Of a stretch of 64,000 nucleotides of DNA, positions 12,507 through 27,113 are shown in pieces. Position numbers and translations under genes: made by a program. Position 1 is the stretch's first letter. Each line of letters opens with the position of its first letter. A model generated the notes under the pieces. It saw nothing but the letters and a program-made list of their open reading frames with translations, was not told where the DNA came from and made no database searches. Source of the stretch: Epiperipatus broadwayi (Eukaryota; Animalia; Onychophora); the NCBI GenBank assembly GCA_028023455.1, contig JAQFVV010000003.1:4154001-4218000 (forward strand), given 5' to 3'.

Positions 12507-15500
12507 TATTATACCGTTTGTTTATGTGGTACAAATATATTGGCATCCAGTAAGATAATTAAAAGCTAAGAAAAAAAGAAAAAGTAAATTTAGCGTTCTT
12601 ATTAAAAAGATGCAATTAAATTTTTAGTTTGTATAATCTATTTTTTTTTTAAAATGTACAATGAAAGTAAAATTTTCATCCATATTTTTTTTTGTATCTA
12701 ATTAAAAATTAAGGTAAAAACAATTGGAAAGAACAAAAGACACGCAAATTACTAATCCAGATAAGCTAAAAGAAAAATATTTTAGCTAATTAAAGATGGC
12801 AGAATGTCTTTATGAAAGGAGGACTTTGTAACTTAAATTTAAGAGAGAGTGTACAAGATTATTATCTTATATGCTGATAAAAGGACAAAAGGATGCACAG
12901 TAATTTCAATAACTGGATCGAGGTATAAAAAGAGGAGGACAACTTCGATCTAGGTCTTCTCTTTACCTTCTAGATACGTGTCTGAGGGTTGGAGGTTTCC
13001 GTGAGCATAACCTGTGGCAGTAATATACTTCTGCACAAGTACGCCACTTGCTGTATGAAGCTGTCACGCAAGCATGAAAACAGGCCTTGTGAAGACCACT
13101 TTTTTGTAATGAAAGGGTCACTATAACCGTGACTTTTCTCCAGCTATAGAATGGAACAATAATGGAAGATGCCGGCAGGAGAGACCAATGGAAATTCTTA
13201 TGAACTCTGGATCCCATAAACATACACCAACTTACTGATAAGTTAAGAGTAATTTTTCCTGATTGTGACAAAGTTTGCAAACAATTCTTAAAATAAGCTT
13301 AAAATAATCCCGATAAAGACTTTCAATTCTATTATCAAGAGACTCTTGTTTACCTAAGAACTATAGTTGTTGAACTGTTTTTTTTTTTTTATTAATCAAT
13401 TCATATCTGGATTAGCGTGCATGTCATCTTTCCAATTAATTAATTCATAATGTGTTTTTTTATTTTTATATTTTAATTTGTTAGAATAAAAATATTTATT
13501 TCTAATACCAACTATTCATTGTACGTTATTAATGATTATTAATAAATTTATTAATGTTAATTATTAAGATTTGAAAATATAATTTATCTTTACCAATGTT
13601 ATACTGAAACTCAATCCTCCGGAGTTTCCAGATAATTTCGTCGTAACTAAATAAATAAAAGGGGTTTAGCCAATGGATTCCGATACAGAATCCTGGCGCC
13701 TTTCAAATAAATTAAAAGCTGGCTTACATGATCCCATTATTTTAGTAGTTACATTAGTTAAAAGGGTGTTGTGTGACCAGGAAAAATAATTGCGTCCATT
13801 AAATCTTACTGAATTGTCTGACGAAACAAATTTAATAGATAGGATGTAATTTGGTCACCGAATACGTGTAGTTAATTAGTAAAAACCCTAATAGAGCAAA
13901 GGACGTTACAATGGCGGCCCAACTCGTGGCTTCAATGATAACCACGTCCTGAGATAGGTGTAAAATAATAAAATATTAAAAGTAGTTTTAAAAAAAAAAC
14001 AACGAACTAATATTTGTCTAAATCGCATCTTCAGACCGCTGTTTAACATCTGATTGGCTGTCTGCGAAACAACAGTAGGCGCATGTGAAAGACTAGCAAC
14101 CTTTCAATTTATTACTAAAAATGAACTAACTAAACCAGATTATACAATTAACCCTTGCCTAAATCTAGACGCAAATTTGCGGATGAAGCGTATGTCATTA
14201 GTATTCAATGCAATATCGCATTTTGAATTTCCTTTTACAGCAGTTTTGTCCGTAAAATTTCGTTTTTTCGATTCTAGCATGTGTATACTATTCAGGTATT
14301 AGTTTGTAAAGTTTCACATAGATGGCAGTTATAATTAATGATTTATTTGTTATTCCATAGATGATAATTTGTAGTCCCCATATTGACTTTCATACCTCTA
14401 TAGAGAAAAGACGTTATACTTTGATATCTGCAAAATAATTTTCAATTTTTTTTAATAATTTGCATTATTCTTTCAATTGGTAAGTTATAATAATTATTTA
14501 TGATTTTATTTTTATTTTTTAAAAAATATTTCTATGAAAATAAACTTTGACTTTCTATTCAGATATCTAGAATCTGATAATTCTTCAACTTTCATATTTT
14601 GCACGCATTTTTAGATATTTATTCTCGCAAGTATTATTTTGAAATCAAGTAAATATTACTAACTAAATATTATGTCTATTTCAAAAAATTATAATTATAT
14701 TTTCTGCAATAAATAATAAGAATATTTTTGTAGATTTTGAAAATATGCAGCATCGTTTTGTCAAATGGAAAATTTTTAACATCACATGATGTTTTCTTAT
14801 CTATAAATGTTTGAATATCTATTATATTTTTTTTACAAAATATTTTAGGTTTTAGAAAGTATGTGAATCAAAACTTGATTTATATATATATATGTATTGC
14901 AATAAATTAAATAAACAGCATTTCTTTTTCATATATTTTGAGTCACATGATAGCATATATATATCTATTCACTTTTCACCCTCATTATATCCATCGGGTT
15001 TTTTGGACAAAAAATATATAAATATGTGTTATTTTTTTCATATAAAATATAATTTACATTTTAGAATATATATGATTCAAAACTTTTGATTTATATATAT
15101 TTTTTATAATATATTTCAATAAATAAAATTAGCATTTCTTTTTCATATATTTTGAGTTATGTGATAGCATATATGCATATATCTGTAATTGTAAAAATGT
15201 ACAATTTGGGCCACTTTTTTGAAAAAAAGAAAAAAACCAATGAAAAGGTTAAAAATATATATTTTAAATTAGTCTAAAAAAAAAAAAAAAACGAATAGAG
15301 ACTTAAAACTTAAGAATAAAATTAGTTTAAACACCTATTTTAGTCTTTTCTTCTGGCGCTGGTGGTATTATACCATTTGTTTATACGGTACAAATATATT
15401 GGCATCCGGTAAGATATTTAAAAGCTAAGAAAAAAAAAAGAAAAAGTAAATTTAGCGTTCTTATTAAAAAGATGCAATTAAATTTTTAGTTTGTATAATC

Positions 15501-16641
15501 TATTTTTTTTAAAAACGTAATATGAAAGTAAAATTTTCGTCCATATTTTTTTTTTGTATCTAATTAAAAATTAAGGTAAAAAAAATTGGAAAGAACAAAA
15601 GACACGCAAATTACTAATCCAGATAAGCTAAAAGAAAAATATTTTAGCTAATTAAAGATGGCAGAAAGTCTTTATGAAAGGAGGACTTTGTAACTTAAAT
15701 TTAAGAGAGAGTGTACGAGATTATCTTATATGCTGATAAAAGGACAAAAGGATGCCCAGAAGTTTCAAAAACTGGATCGAGATATAAAAAGAGGAAGACA
15801 ACTTCCATCTAGGTCTTCTCTTTACCTTCTAGTTATGTGTCTGAGAGTTGGAGGTTTCCGCGAGCATAACCTGTGTCAGTAATATACTTCTGCACAGGTA
15901 CGCCACTTGCTGTACGAAGCTGTCACACAAGCATGGAAATGGGCCTTCACTGCTTTTTGCAATGGAAGGGTCACTACAACCATGTTTTCTCCAGCTATAG
16001 AACAGAACAATAATGGAAGACGCCGGCAGGAGTGACCAATGGAAATTCTTATAAGCTCGGGATCCCATAAGTCTACACCAACTTACCATAAGTTAAGAGT
16101 AACTTTTCCCGGTTGTGACAAAGATTGCAAACAATTTTTAAAATAAGCTTAAAATAATCCCGATAAAGACTTAAAATTCTATTATCAAGAGACTCTTGTT
16201 TACCTAAGACCTATAATTGTTGAACTGTTTTTTTTTTATTAATTGATTCATATCTGGATTAGCGGGCGTGTCATCTTTCCAATTAATTAATTCATAATGT
16301 GTTTTTTTTTATTTTTATATTTTAATTTGTTAGAATAAAAATATTTATTTCTAATACCAACTATTCATTGTACGTTATTAATGATTATTAATAAATTTAT
16401 TAATATGTTAATTATTAAGATTTGAAAATATAATTTACCTTTGCCAACCCTGTACTGAAACCCAATCCTCCGGAGTTTCCAGATAATTTCATCTTAACTA
16501 AATAAATAAAAGGGATTTAGCTAGTGGATTCAGATACAGAATCCTGACGCCTTTCAAATAAATTAAAAGCTGGTTTACATGATCCCATTATTTTAGTAGT
16601 TACTTTAGTTAAAAGGGTGTTGTTTGACTAGGAAAAATAAT
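12507..16641 (+). mobile_element. Older non-coding LTR element (LARD/TRIM-like); 3' LTR apparently truncated
   Basis: Direct repeats 12507-13790 and 15366-16641, roughly 90% identical. The first copy continues to ...GGACGTTACA (13910) and then a Lys-like PBS (13912-13933). A TATA-like TATAAAA lies in the repeat. No coding capacity in the interior and no TSD found. Confidence 0.7.
14152..15248. mobile_element. Possible TTAA-flanked piggyBac-like non-autonomous insertion inside the LTR element
   Basis: TTAA|CCCTT at 14148-14156 and AAGG|TTAA at 15245-15252, with an internal ~210-bp imperfect duplication (14870-15180). The terminal match is very short. Confidence 0.3.
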
Positions 16642-18309
16642 ATTAATTACAGATGGGAAGGGAGTACAAATGTAAAACAATAAACATCTTTAACAATGTC
16701 AAATATTTTTATTAGATGAAAACTTAGTAAATATAAATTGCATCTTACTATTTTCCCTCTATCTCACATGTCATTGTTCCAGAAGAATATTAAATTCATT
16801 TTTTCAATGATAATTTTTTTATTCAAACTTGGCAATATATTCCTATGTCATATTCTCACAAATCTACATTGAATAATTCAGTAGAATTTATGCTGTGGTG
16901 TGTGTCACTAGTTATTGTACTGGTCACATATTATACACCAACAACCTAAGCCGCGGTTGGATTCAAACCCAGTTAAAACAAAGAATTAAACCCAAAGACC
17001 AAAGTGAATTTAAACTCAACTCACGAGCTCAAATCAAACCAATGGATAACATATGTCAACAGCACATGACTATGTGCCAAGAAACTAGCTCAACGGATGA
17101 TGATGATTTCTGAGACCCCTGCTCTGACTCTACTAATGACTATGGATATTTATAAATCAATTCGTATATTATGTTTGGGTTGCCAATACAGACAGCGAGC
17201 ATTAACATTGAAATAGTTATTAAATAATGAGGAAAGTCAAAACCAAATGTGTTATATAAAATGTTTGATAATAATAAATATTTTGTTCAAATGTTTATGA
17301 TTGGCATTTTATATTACTTCTAGTCTTTAGAAATGGGAGTTAACAATTTACAATAAGTAATGGCAGTCGTGCTCATACACCAATAATTAATACGCAATTA
17401 TGGGAGAAATATATGTCTATACTCCGACAAGTAAACAAAGGCAAATAAAAGTATTTTGCTGGGAAAGAAATTATCATTCTAATTTTATAGACGAAAGATG
17501 TGAGATTCATTTCCACACATCCATAAAGCAATTCACGAAAAGCATGATAAGTATTTAGGGCATAACTTTAATGTTGAACAAAGAACTTATTTATTTATAA
17601 ATGAATATGAAGTTGTTTGACTTTAATAAAATCAATTCATTACGATTTATGATCATGAGAGCGGGGCTTTATCGGAACTGAGAAATAAACAGTACTAACG
17701 ACTTACGAGCATTAAGAACAAATACGAAATATAATGGCTGGTGATTTAAAAAGTAAAAAGAGCGGCTTGTGTTCTACAAGTCTTTTCTAATATTTTTGAT
17801 TTTTTTACTACATTTTTAAAATTGTAGATAATTGAAATTGTAAATGGTAAGAGTATGGATATGGAAAGACTAATGTATTTTTTTATTACTGTATGATGTT
17901 ACAAAAATGTTCTTTGTTTTTTTGTAAAAATTTTGTAATACAAATTTAAATAATTTGAAAATTTTAAAGAATGTATTAATCATACTAGAAAACTATGTGG
18001 ATTATGTAATGAAGTATCTAATGTATTATTCTTATATATACATTCAAATTTATCACTTCTTAATTTTTTTTAAATGAATGATCAGTTGTGAATTTTAGTT
18101 TTAGAACGTGAATTGGGAAAAAGAATATAATAAGCCATAGATTTTGGTCATCCTGTTAAAATTAATTGTCCTATAAAATTGGATTGGGTTTTTTTATATC
18201 TTATCTAATCCCTACTTTTAGGTCATCAATTATTTTTTGCTTCTTCACATACATAGTTCCTTTCTACTTCAATTTTATACTTTCTTTAATAAATAATATG
18301 TAGGTGGTT

Positions 18310-18628
18310 TGAATTCAGATTTTCACACGACACTCAACTATTCGTGTTATCTCATACTGCTAACACTTGGTCACACACATGTAAAGATAAACAATCACCA
18401 ATATTCGTATTTCGTGCTAAACCAGCACTCGTCATTTGGTCCAGATTATCATCTCCATACATATATACAATCAATGCTCAGCTTATATTAAGATAGCCAA
18501 CTGACGAGTGCTGATTTATCACGAAATATGTATTTTGATTGTTTATCTTTTCAATGTGCGTGTGATCAAGTGTGTCAACAGTATGAGATTGCGCGAATAG
18601 TTGAGGTCGTGTGAAAGTCTGAGGTTCA
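18310..18628. mobile_element. Fold-back element with decayed hammerhead ribozymes in both arms
   Basis: Inverted arms of about 130 bp. The + arm has CCAA CTGACGA GTGCTGATTTATCAC GAAA TATGTA TT TTGA (18497-18538). The - arm has CCAA ATGACGA GTGCTGGTTTAGCAC GAAA TACGAA TA TTGG (18398-18439). Stem II sequence is shared with the 30-kb copies. Confidence 0.75.
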
Positions 18629-20689
18629 CCCTCCCCCCCCATATATTACATATTGGAGTGCAGATAAATAATGTCATGTCTTTTCACTTTTTTTTCAATA
18701 TTTTAATATGATCTAACTTTATCTTTTCTATCTCTTTTCCAAATCCACATTTCAAAAGGCCACTCCCGTAATTGTCCAAGTCTCTGCTCCAGATCAAGTT
18801 ACATTTCAAATAAAACATTTTGCAAGCCCTTTATTAAAAGTGAGTTTTGCTATTTTAATTCTCATTTTAATATGTATCAATACATTTTAAATTAGGCAAC
18901 TGATTAACAAGTATTCAAGGATTAAATCTTAATTTTTTATTACTCTCTTTAATAACAGTTTTTAAATCTGATGTTGACAACACATCACAAGACATAGTTG
19001 TAGAAGTACTTTTTCCCTGTGTTATTGAATAATTGTTTAAAAGGCTCATTAATTAAAATTAACTTTATTTTGTAATACGTAAAGATATATGGTATTAAAT
19101 TTATTGTTCATTTGCATTTAAGCTCTTGGCCAAAGATAAATCTATTAGGTCCAAACAAAAATTACTCTACACAATCTTCATAAGGAATGTTTTTGTGCAG
19201 TTTAACATAATGAGAGAATGATGTCTCGAGAGCTGAAGGTTTTTAGATCAAAGCCTAATCTGCCACTTATCATTGACAGTCCAACTGATTAACAGTTTGA
19301 TCTTTTTTTTTTTTCATCATAAGGCATTGTTTGTCACTAATTAAGTCTTTGTATGAATGCTGACATTATATAATATGCTTTAGTATATGGGTAGCTGCAG
19401 GTGAAATAACTTGTTATTAAGATTCTAGAATGATGTTAAGAATAATCAATTCTCTGATATTATAAAAGGTAGTTTGTAATCAAGCCTAATAATTTAGATG
19501 ATAGAATAAGGTTTGGCAAACAAATGTGCAGCAAGCATTGATGTGTTCATGGTACTACTATATTTTATTTAATTTAGTTATTTTATGTCTTTAGATGGCA
19601 ACTAATATTTCTACAAACTTTTAAATGAAAATTCAAAAGCAAAACAACCAAATATATTTGGAAAAAGTTATTAGTTTGTGAAGGGTCAAAAGTAGATTTT
19701 TTTTTCATCTAAGGGTAAAATAGTTGTAACTTTTTCTAATGATGAGATGAAAGTATAATAAGATTTGACTTAGTTCATCAGATCTCTTGTGTAGAAAAAA
19801 GTTATTGAATTTTGAATTTTTGATAAAGGCTTTTAAAATAAGTTATCCAACTTATAATGTAAATACAACTAGACTAATAATATAAACAAGATTTCAATTT
19901 TTTTGAATTTTTGTCTGTTTAAAAGCTGTTGTATTTTGGGTGTATTAATGTTGAATACAGTGTTCACTACTTTGGTGTTCTTAGTGTATGTTAGGTATTA
20001 AAAAAACTATGTAGTATTTGATTTGTAAAGAGAAAGCACATGAAGTTTTTGTATTGCACACGAAGTTCAGCTTCATTCCTGAACAATCGTCTGCAATATA
20101 CTGTATATATATTTTATTGGGCAATAATTATATGGTTAGTTGTTTTGGGAGTCATGTGATGTTGAACATCCTAGTGGTTGATTAACAAATCATTCAGTTG
20201 GATTGTTTTTTATTTTATTCAGTTGTGAATCATTTCCAGAAGCTTTAAATTTGGTTGTGGTGATAGAAATATAAATAAGAGAGGAGACAAACTTGTTCAG
20301 TTCACAGAAAAAGAAAAACTTTATAATATGAATTTTTTCTTTGAGAAAAATACTAAACGGAAATGGACATAGAAACATCCAAATGAAGGTACAGAAGAAT
20401 TGGATTATATTTTGACTTTAAAAAAAAAAAGGTATTTAAAAATTGTAATGTTCTTAATAAATTCATCTTAGGAAGTAATAATCAATTAGTGAAATGTAAG
20501 ATACATATTATTGCAAAACTAGAGACAAAAATTATTAATAAAACTGTATTCACTGCTAATATTTCTAATCTTAGAAACATTGCAGTGAATTTAAATTATA
20601 ACTTGTATATCATTTTCAAATGTTAACAGATCTTGAATGTGATAGATTTGGGCGAAATCAATAACATAACTGATATACTTAAAAATTGC

Positions 20690-22412
20690 AACAAAGGTAG
20701 CTGGTACCAAAAAAGCAGCAATTGACCAGTAAAATTTCTGCTGAGACAAGGCAATTTATAAACAAAAGAAGGAATATGGAAAATATATAAAAATGATGTA
20801 TTAAGAAAGATTGAATATCTAGAATTGTAAAATGATACGAAAAAGAGTTAATAATGATATAAGAAAATTGTGAATTAGCAAAGAAAGCTATAAAAGGAAA
20901 TAAGTCTCAAAAGTATAAAACAATATCTTGATATTGGTAGGAAATATATTTTTGCAATAATAAGAAAGGATAGAACTATTACCAAAAAGAGAAACAACAT
21001 CATGAAATGTGTAGAAGTGGTTTATCAAGAATTATATAACAATAAAGAACAAGAATAAGTATCCCCTACAATTACTATATCTTCTGATTTGCTTAGGATT
21101 TTAAATGGAGTGATACATGCAATTAAATCTACGAAGAAAGGATAATGATGGAATTATATAATCAGTGTCTTAAAAGAAGTAGGTGAAGAAATAGAGGATA
21201 ATGATGGAATTATATAATCAATGTCTTAAAAGAAGTAGGTGAAGAAATAGAAAAATTGTTGGCAAAGTTTTATTCCAAATGTCTAAATAATAAAGATACA
21301 CTAGATGATTAGAAGAGTGCAAGATTAATATTAATATTTAAAAAAGAGAATAAAGAAAATATTTAGAAATTACTGACCTATTAGTTTTATACAAAATTTT
21401 TACCAAGATAACCACAACTAATTTATAGTGAACTTTGGATTTTAAACAATCAAAAATACAAGCTGGATTTAAAGTGGTTTTAATATAATGGATGGTATCG
21501 AAGTATTGCGAGAAGTTATAGACAGGATCCATGAATATGAGTTCCCATTATGCTTTGGATTTATAGATTATGAAAAGGCATTTGATTTTTTTCAATGATT
21601 AAAGCATTGAATCATCAAAATATAGACCCAGAATGCTGTCAACAGCAATGATTTGATTACATAATATTAGTAGGAAAAAAACATTGAGAATGATGTACAA
21701 TAGGGTGACCCCTTATCTTCAAAAATTTTTACAGCAATTTTGCAATAAATATTTTGTAGATTAAAATGGGGAGCTAAGAGAGCAAAACAGCTTCAGGCAA
21801 TGTTGCAAGAGTTATCAGATGAAAGTAAGATTAAAGTTGAATGCTAAAAAAGGTTAAAGTGTAAGAAGATTGATGAGTTGAAACCTAATGGATGAAATTA
21901 GTCATAGAATTAATCTTGGTTGGTTTGCTTTTGGTAGAAATAACTTAATATTAAAAATGAATATGCCCAAATGTTTGAAAAGGAAGATTTTTAATTAAAT
22001 GTGTTTTACCAGTTTTTACTTATGGATCTGAGACTTGGACACTTAACAGAACAGCAATACAGAGACTTCAGACCACTCAATGAAGTATGGAGAGATGTAT
22101 GTTAAAAGTAAAAAGAAGTGATTGAAAACGAAATACATAAATGAGAGAACAAACAGATGTTATTGACCATGGAAAGAATTAAGAGACTAGAGTGGAGTTG
22201 GGCTGGACAGATTGCTAGGAGAGATGATAATGGATAGTTGAAATCTTAAACTGAATCCCAAGAAATTGTAATAAAAGATCTAGAAAGAGGTCACATGTGA
22301 GATGAATGAATGAAATAAGGATATGATGTGAAAAGAGAGGCTAGCGATCAGAAACTGGATTGAATTTAGAGAGATCTTAATCCTTCAATGAATTGATAAA
22401 GGTTGAAAATGA
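20690..22412 (+). mobile_element. Decayed RTE-clade LINE, longer copy of the same family
   Basis: YRPISL-, QAGF-, FIDYEKAFD- and WSWAG-like segments homologous to 58818-60560, with many indels. Confidence 0.85.
21139..21250 (+). repeat. 56-bp tandem duplication inside the RTE copy
   Basis: AGGATAATGATGG...GAAATAG occurs twice with one mismatch. Confidence 0.9.
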
Positions 22413-22959
22413 TTTTATAGCAAAATAGTTAGGAAATATTTGTTTTTTTTTATTTTTTATCATAAGGCAGAAAAAGTAATTAGACAATAAAACATCTCAC
22501 TTTCAAAGTTGCATAATAAAAAGTTTTAAGTGAGATCTTATATTATTAAAATGCAATATTCTAAATTTTTTTGTTAAACATAAATAGACTAATTGCAATG
22601 TGTTTTATTTTTATCTTTATATTAAATGCTATTATTATTAATATGTGAAAGTATTTATAATAATTTTTGTAAAAGCATATATTTGTATTGAATACTATAC
22701 CTCAATTGAAAATCAGTAAGAAAGTATCTTGTTGTAGGGTCACTCCATATCAAATCAATTAACTGAATAGTAATTTAAAATCTTGTTTCAGATTCACTGT
22801 CTTTGATTTACCAAAAAGTCAGAATTCACATTATTTTTTGATAAATCACGAATATTGTGGACATTGAAAATCCAAATACCTAGACTTTTTAAAATTCTAT
22901 TTTTTTTTAATACAGAATTTTATTATTTTTTTTTTACAAAATTTTGAGAACATGATTAG

Positions 22960-23026
22960 TAACTCCTTGGCCTAGAGAACTAGTTTTGGTTCATTTGGAA
23001 GCTCTTAATGCTCTTTCCTTTGATAG
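22960..23026 (+). CDS. Coding exon of unidentified + strand host gene ((V)TPWPRELVLVHLEALNALSFD-R)
   Basis: TAG acceptor after a T-tract and a strong AG|GTAAGA donor. The 67-nt exon is open in phase 1 to 2, and its terminal 'ag' joins the next exon to give DRFERPGG. Confidence 0.65.
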
Positions 23027-26000
23027 GTAAGAATATTCTTGCAATACCCGCACCCCCATCTATTAAGATGTTTGATTTTTGAAAATTTAGACATGTCATT
23101 TAAATAATTTCTTTTAAAAATATTTATGTTGATAAATTTATTTACAATTTTTCATCATGGAATGCAAAAATACAACCTTGTACCCTATATGTTAGTGTTA
23201 CATAATTTTTTTCTGAATGTGATTTTGATTATAAAATTTCTAAAAGTATCATTTTATATTTTCATGTATTTTTTTATAAAAATAAATCATACATTTGAAA
23301 TAAATGTCAAAGTAAATAAAAATTAACCATACCAAGAAATTTTAAAACTTAACCTCTTACATTGAGAATGAAAAAATTCAATTTGCTGTAAAACAATAAT
23401 TTGGTACAGAATTTTATTTATTTTTTAAAAAATAAATTGAATTTCTTTATATAGCATTTGCATTTAAAGTATGAATATGACTAGTTAGAGTAGAAGGATT
23501 TTTCTGAGAGCATTAGATCAACTGAAATGTCTTGGTTATCTGCATTATAAAGACAGACAAAGAAAGATATTGATCTTCACAGATGGAGAAATTGATTTCA
23601 TTTTTTTTATTTAGAAAAAATATAATATGAGCCACATGATCCATTATATTCAACACTAGTAATTCTAATCTGAAGATGTTGGTACCAAATCAAAGATATT
23701 TTTACTCTCAACATAGACAGTTTCATTGTACGGAATCAAAACCTTGCAGTGAATTTAGATTGTGATTTTGCAGGAAATAGAATATTTTGTTGTTTCAGGA
23801 ATAGAGTAGTCAAAGTGAATATCTGGAACTGTGTGAACTCAAAAAGATCATTTGCCATAATCTATTATATGAGTCCTTTGATAGTAGTTTTGTTAGCAAG
23901 TTGCATGACCGTTTTCCTTAAGCAGTTATACCGACTCTTTCCATGAGATGTGGAAAGAAAATGTCATGCATTAAGTTCAGATTTTTTTCTTATGTTTTCC
24001 TATGTTCAGAAATTTTTTAAAGTTTTGGTATCATTTTTGAGAATTGGTATAAAATTGGAATGTTGTGTATTTGAAGCCTTTATGTATCAAATAATCAAAT
24101 GAAGACAAAAATAATGTTTAGTTGCACTTCTTATCAGTATTTAGTAGGTGTACTGTTGCTTGCATAATTATCCAGTGATAAGACTTAAATTCATCTTGCA
24201 GGATGTTGTGACCACTTCCCTTTAACTAATGTTTTTCAAATAATTTTTGCTGTTGTGCAATGAACTCATAAACTTCAATAAATCTTTATCAGTAACATCA
24301 ATAAATTTTTCTTATCCCTTTAACTATAGTTTCTAGTAGAGAGGATCTGTAGATACTCACTTGAAAGTAATTTTATTAGCAAAATCATCCTCAGGTTTCT
24401 GAATCTGAATTGCACATTGGCAAGAAATGGTAGGTTCTCCAAATGTATTCCACTCATTAATTTTTTTTTGGTCTTAAGTACAATGCACAGACATACCATG
24501 TGCCTTTATTTTCCTCAAATAATAGTAAAATTTATCTAGAACCAATTCTTTATTAATATCTATATGGGTATTTTTTCTCTGATTCAGATATCTTTTTTTC
24601 TATGCATCACTATTGTTTTTGTCACTGATATAAAAACTGTAATGCAATCTTCATCAAATTTTTTTTTTTTAAGTTTATGGTTAGGAGATAGTAAAATTTT
24701 TTTCTCCATCAATAATGTTTTCACAGTTCTCGCTAACATCAAATTTCTTGAATGTTAAATTTAAGCTGACCAACTTTTTGGTAGAATTGAAAATTGTCAT
24801 TTGTTCATTGGGTGTTTAATTGATGCAAACTTATCTTTCAGTTGTGACATTTCTATTCTTATGACAAACTTCATTCATTCTTTTTTTGTAATAATTCCAG
24901 AACAAATTTTAGACTACTAACTTTTATCCATCTGATTTTGCATAACTAGGATGACTAGTTTTTTTATTTTTTTTATATTTATAATTGATTCATCATTAAA
25001 TAAAAATTTTAAATATTCAAGCAAAGTATGGGAATCAATAAATTCACAAGATCTTTCTTTTGACACTTGGAGAAGATATTTGAACTATCAATTTACAGTA
25101 TCAGTTTTTTTGAAGCATATAATTGTAGTTGTTTTTGATACTTCTCATATGCACCTTTAATTTCAGTATCACTTAACAAATACATCAAATTTATATCTTT
25201 TTTCAAAGATAACATTTGCTCTATGATTACTTTCAGAAAATGAATTACATTTTAATGAATAAATGAATCGTTTATTAAGTTTTTGGTCAAATGTATTGAA
25301 ATCTAGATTTTATGATTATATTATAAAACTTTTAACAGTATTAAAAAAATATAATATATAAAAGTCATCAAACTGTTCTTTATCTATACACACATTAGAA
25401 AATCACAATCTTAAAATACTATTGAAATGAGTTTATGAAAATGTTGAGTATATGCTTATATAGGATGTTCTAAGGGTTGCCATATATAGGGGAAATGGGA
25501 AATTGAAGCCAAATGTATTTTTATTTACAAAATATTCATTGCGAAATATTCTCTGTGTTGACCACCTCTTTCTACACATACACTTGAAGTTTCTATTAAT
25601 TATGACTTTTGGAACACATGTGTATATGTCTGGACTTGTTTCTAAATTAAGTAATTTGTTGATTTGTAAATAAAATTGTAAGAGTTAGATGATTTTTCTG
25701 CAACAGTATAATGTTATTAATATGATCTTTCTAATTAGTTTTTCATAGGAACAAAAATATTCTGCATTATGTCATTTAGTTCCCTAAATTTCATTTTATT
25801 GAAAATGACTTATACAATGGAAGGCTAAAAAAATATTACATTGAGTCTGATATTATGATAATCCTTTAAAGAAGAGTAAATCTTTATAAATATTAATAAA
25901 AATATAGCTCAATTCATTCCATGATGAAAGTTTGAATGTAGATTTAATGAAATATCGGAATTTGACATGTAATTTTTTTAAAAAAGAAATTGAAGGTGGT

Positions 26001-27113
26001 AGGGTTTTGAGATTTTTAATAATCAAAATTTGAAAAACTGGTAAATTTTTTTTTATTGCAAAAAATATATGATATTCTGTATATGTAAAATGAAAGGCAT
26101 TAAAAAAATTTTAAAATGAGCAAAAAAAAAAAAAAAAAGGATTTTTATGATAAAAGATTACATTTTATATTTTTGATTATTTTAAAAATTCTGTAAAAAA
26201 AAAAATATAATTTTAAAAATTTGGATTTTTAAAGCGCTCCATAAACTTAAGTGATATATCAAAATTCAAATGAATCTAAAACAGTATATATATCCCAGGC
26301 TAATTTGACATTGAATTATCCTATGATGATATATTAGATTCACCAAATAATTATTTGGTTACTTAACTTATCTGTTTAACACACATATATTTGGAATGAA
26401 TGTGCAAAGATATATCATATTTATTAAACTTTAACAAAAGCTTTTGAGTCACAGCTCTATTCATATTACAATAAATCTTGAATCATAATTTTGATTTTTT
26501 TTTGTGAATTTGATGATGATACTTTTATTAATAGAAATGTTGTGTCTTGATAATGTTAGAATCATTGCATTCATTGTCTATTGGATGGCAAAATTGTTTA
26601 AAAATGAGATATAAAACTAACAAAATTACATATAGAACAGCTATATAAATATATATAAAATTGTATATTATTTATTCTGTATATTATGTTTTATAGTCAA
26701 TTCTTTGAAGTTAATTGGATCTCTATATGAAAGTCTTATTCTATTTTACTAATGTTTTTTGTTATTTTACATTATTACGGAACACTAGATAGTATTCTAT
26801 CTGCAATAATTGGTTAATATTATAATAGATGGTTAACATTTGAAAAGGGCACAAAACCATGTCCTGAAAAAAACTTTTTAGGTATAATTATTATTAATAT
26901 AGGTATATTTATATAGCTATTGTATATGATTTGTATTATTTGTTATAATTTATGTGAAAGAACAGCATAATGGATTTCATTTAGTTCAACATTTTGATGA
27001 TACTAACAAAATACTTTTTGTCTCATGTCAACCATTGTGCTTTCCTAATATTAAAAAATTTACATAATAGCAGAATTTTATTATAATATCTGCTTAATAA
27101 ATTTAAAATATTA

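Noticed and set aside
12963-13280. Minus-strand ORFs in the LTR copies (also 15829-16089)
   Set aside because: The frame differs between the two copies and there are no motifs; consistent with a GC-richer LTR segment.
16895-17113. 72-aa ORF after the truncated LTR
   Set aside because: GTG start, no motif and no splice context; possibly a TE fragment but unassignable.
23660-23710. CTGAAGATG-TTGGTACCAA-ATCAAA hammerhead-like word
   Set aside because: GAAA is absent and stem I does not abut the core.
23400-25700. Pseudo-coding minus-strand tract, possibly a decayed DNA transposon
   Set aside because: No catalytic motif or termini could be resolved by eye.
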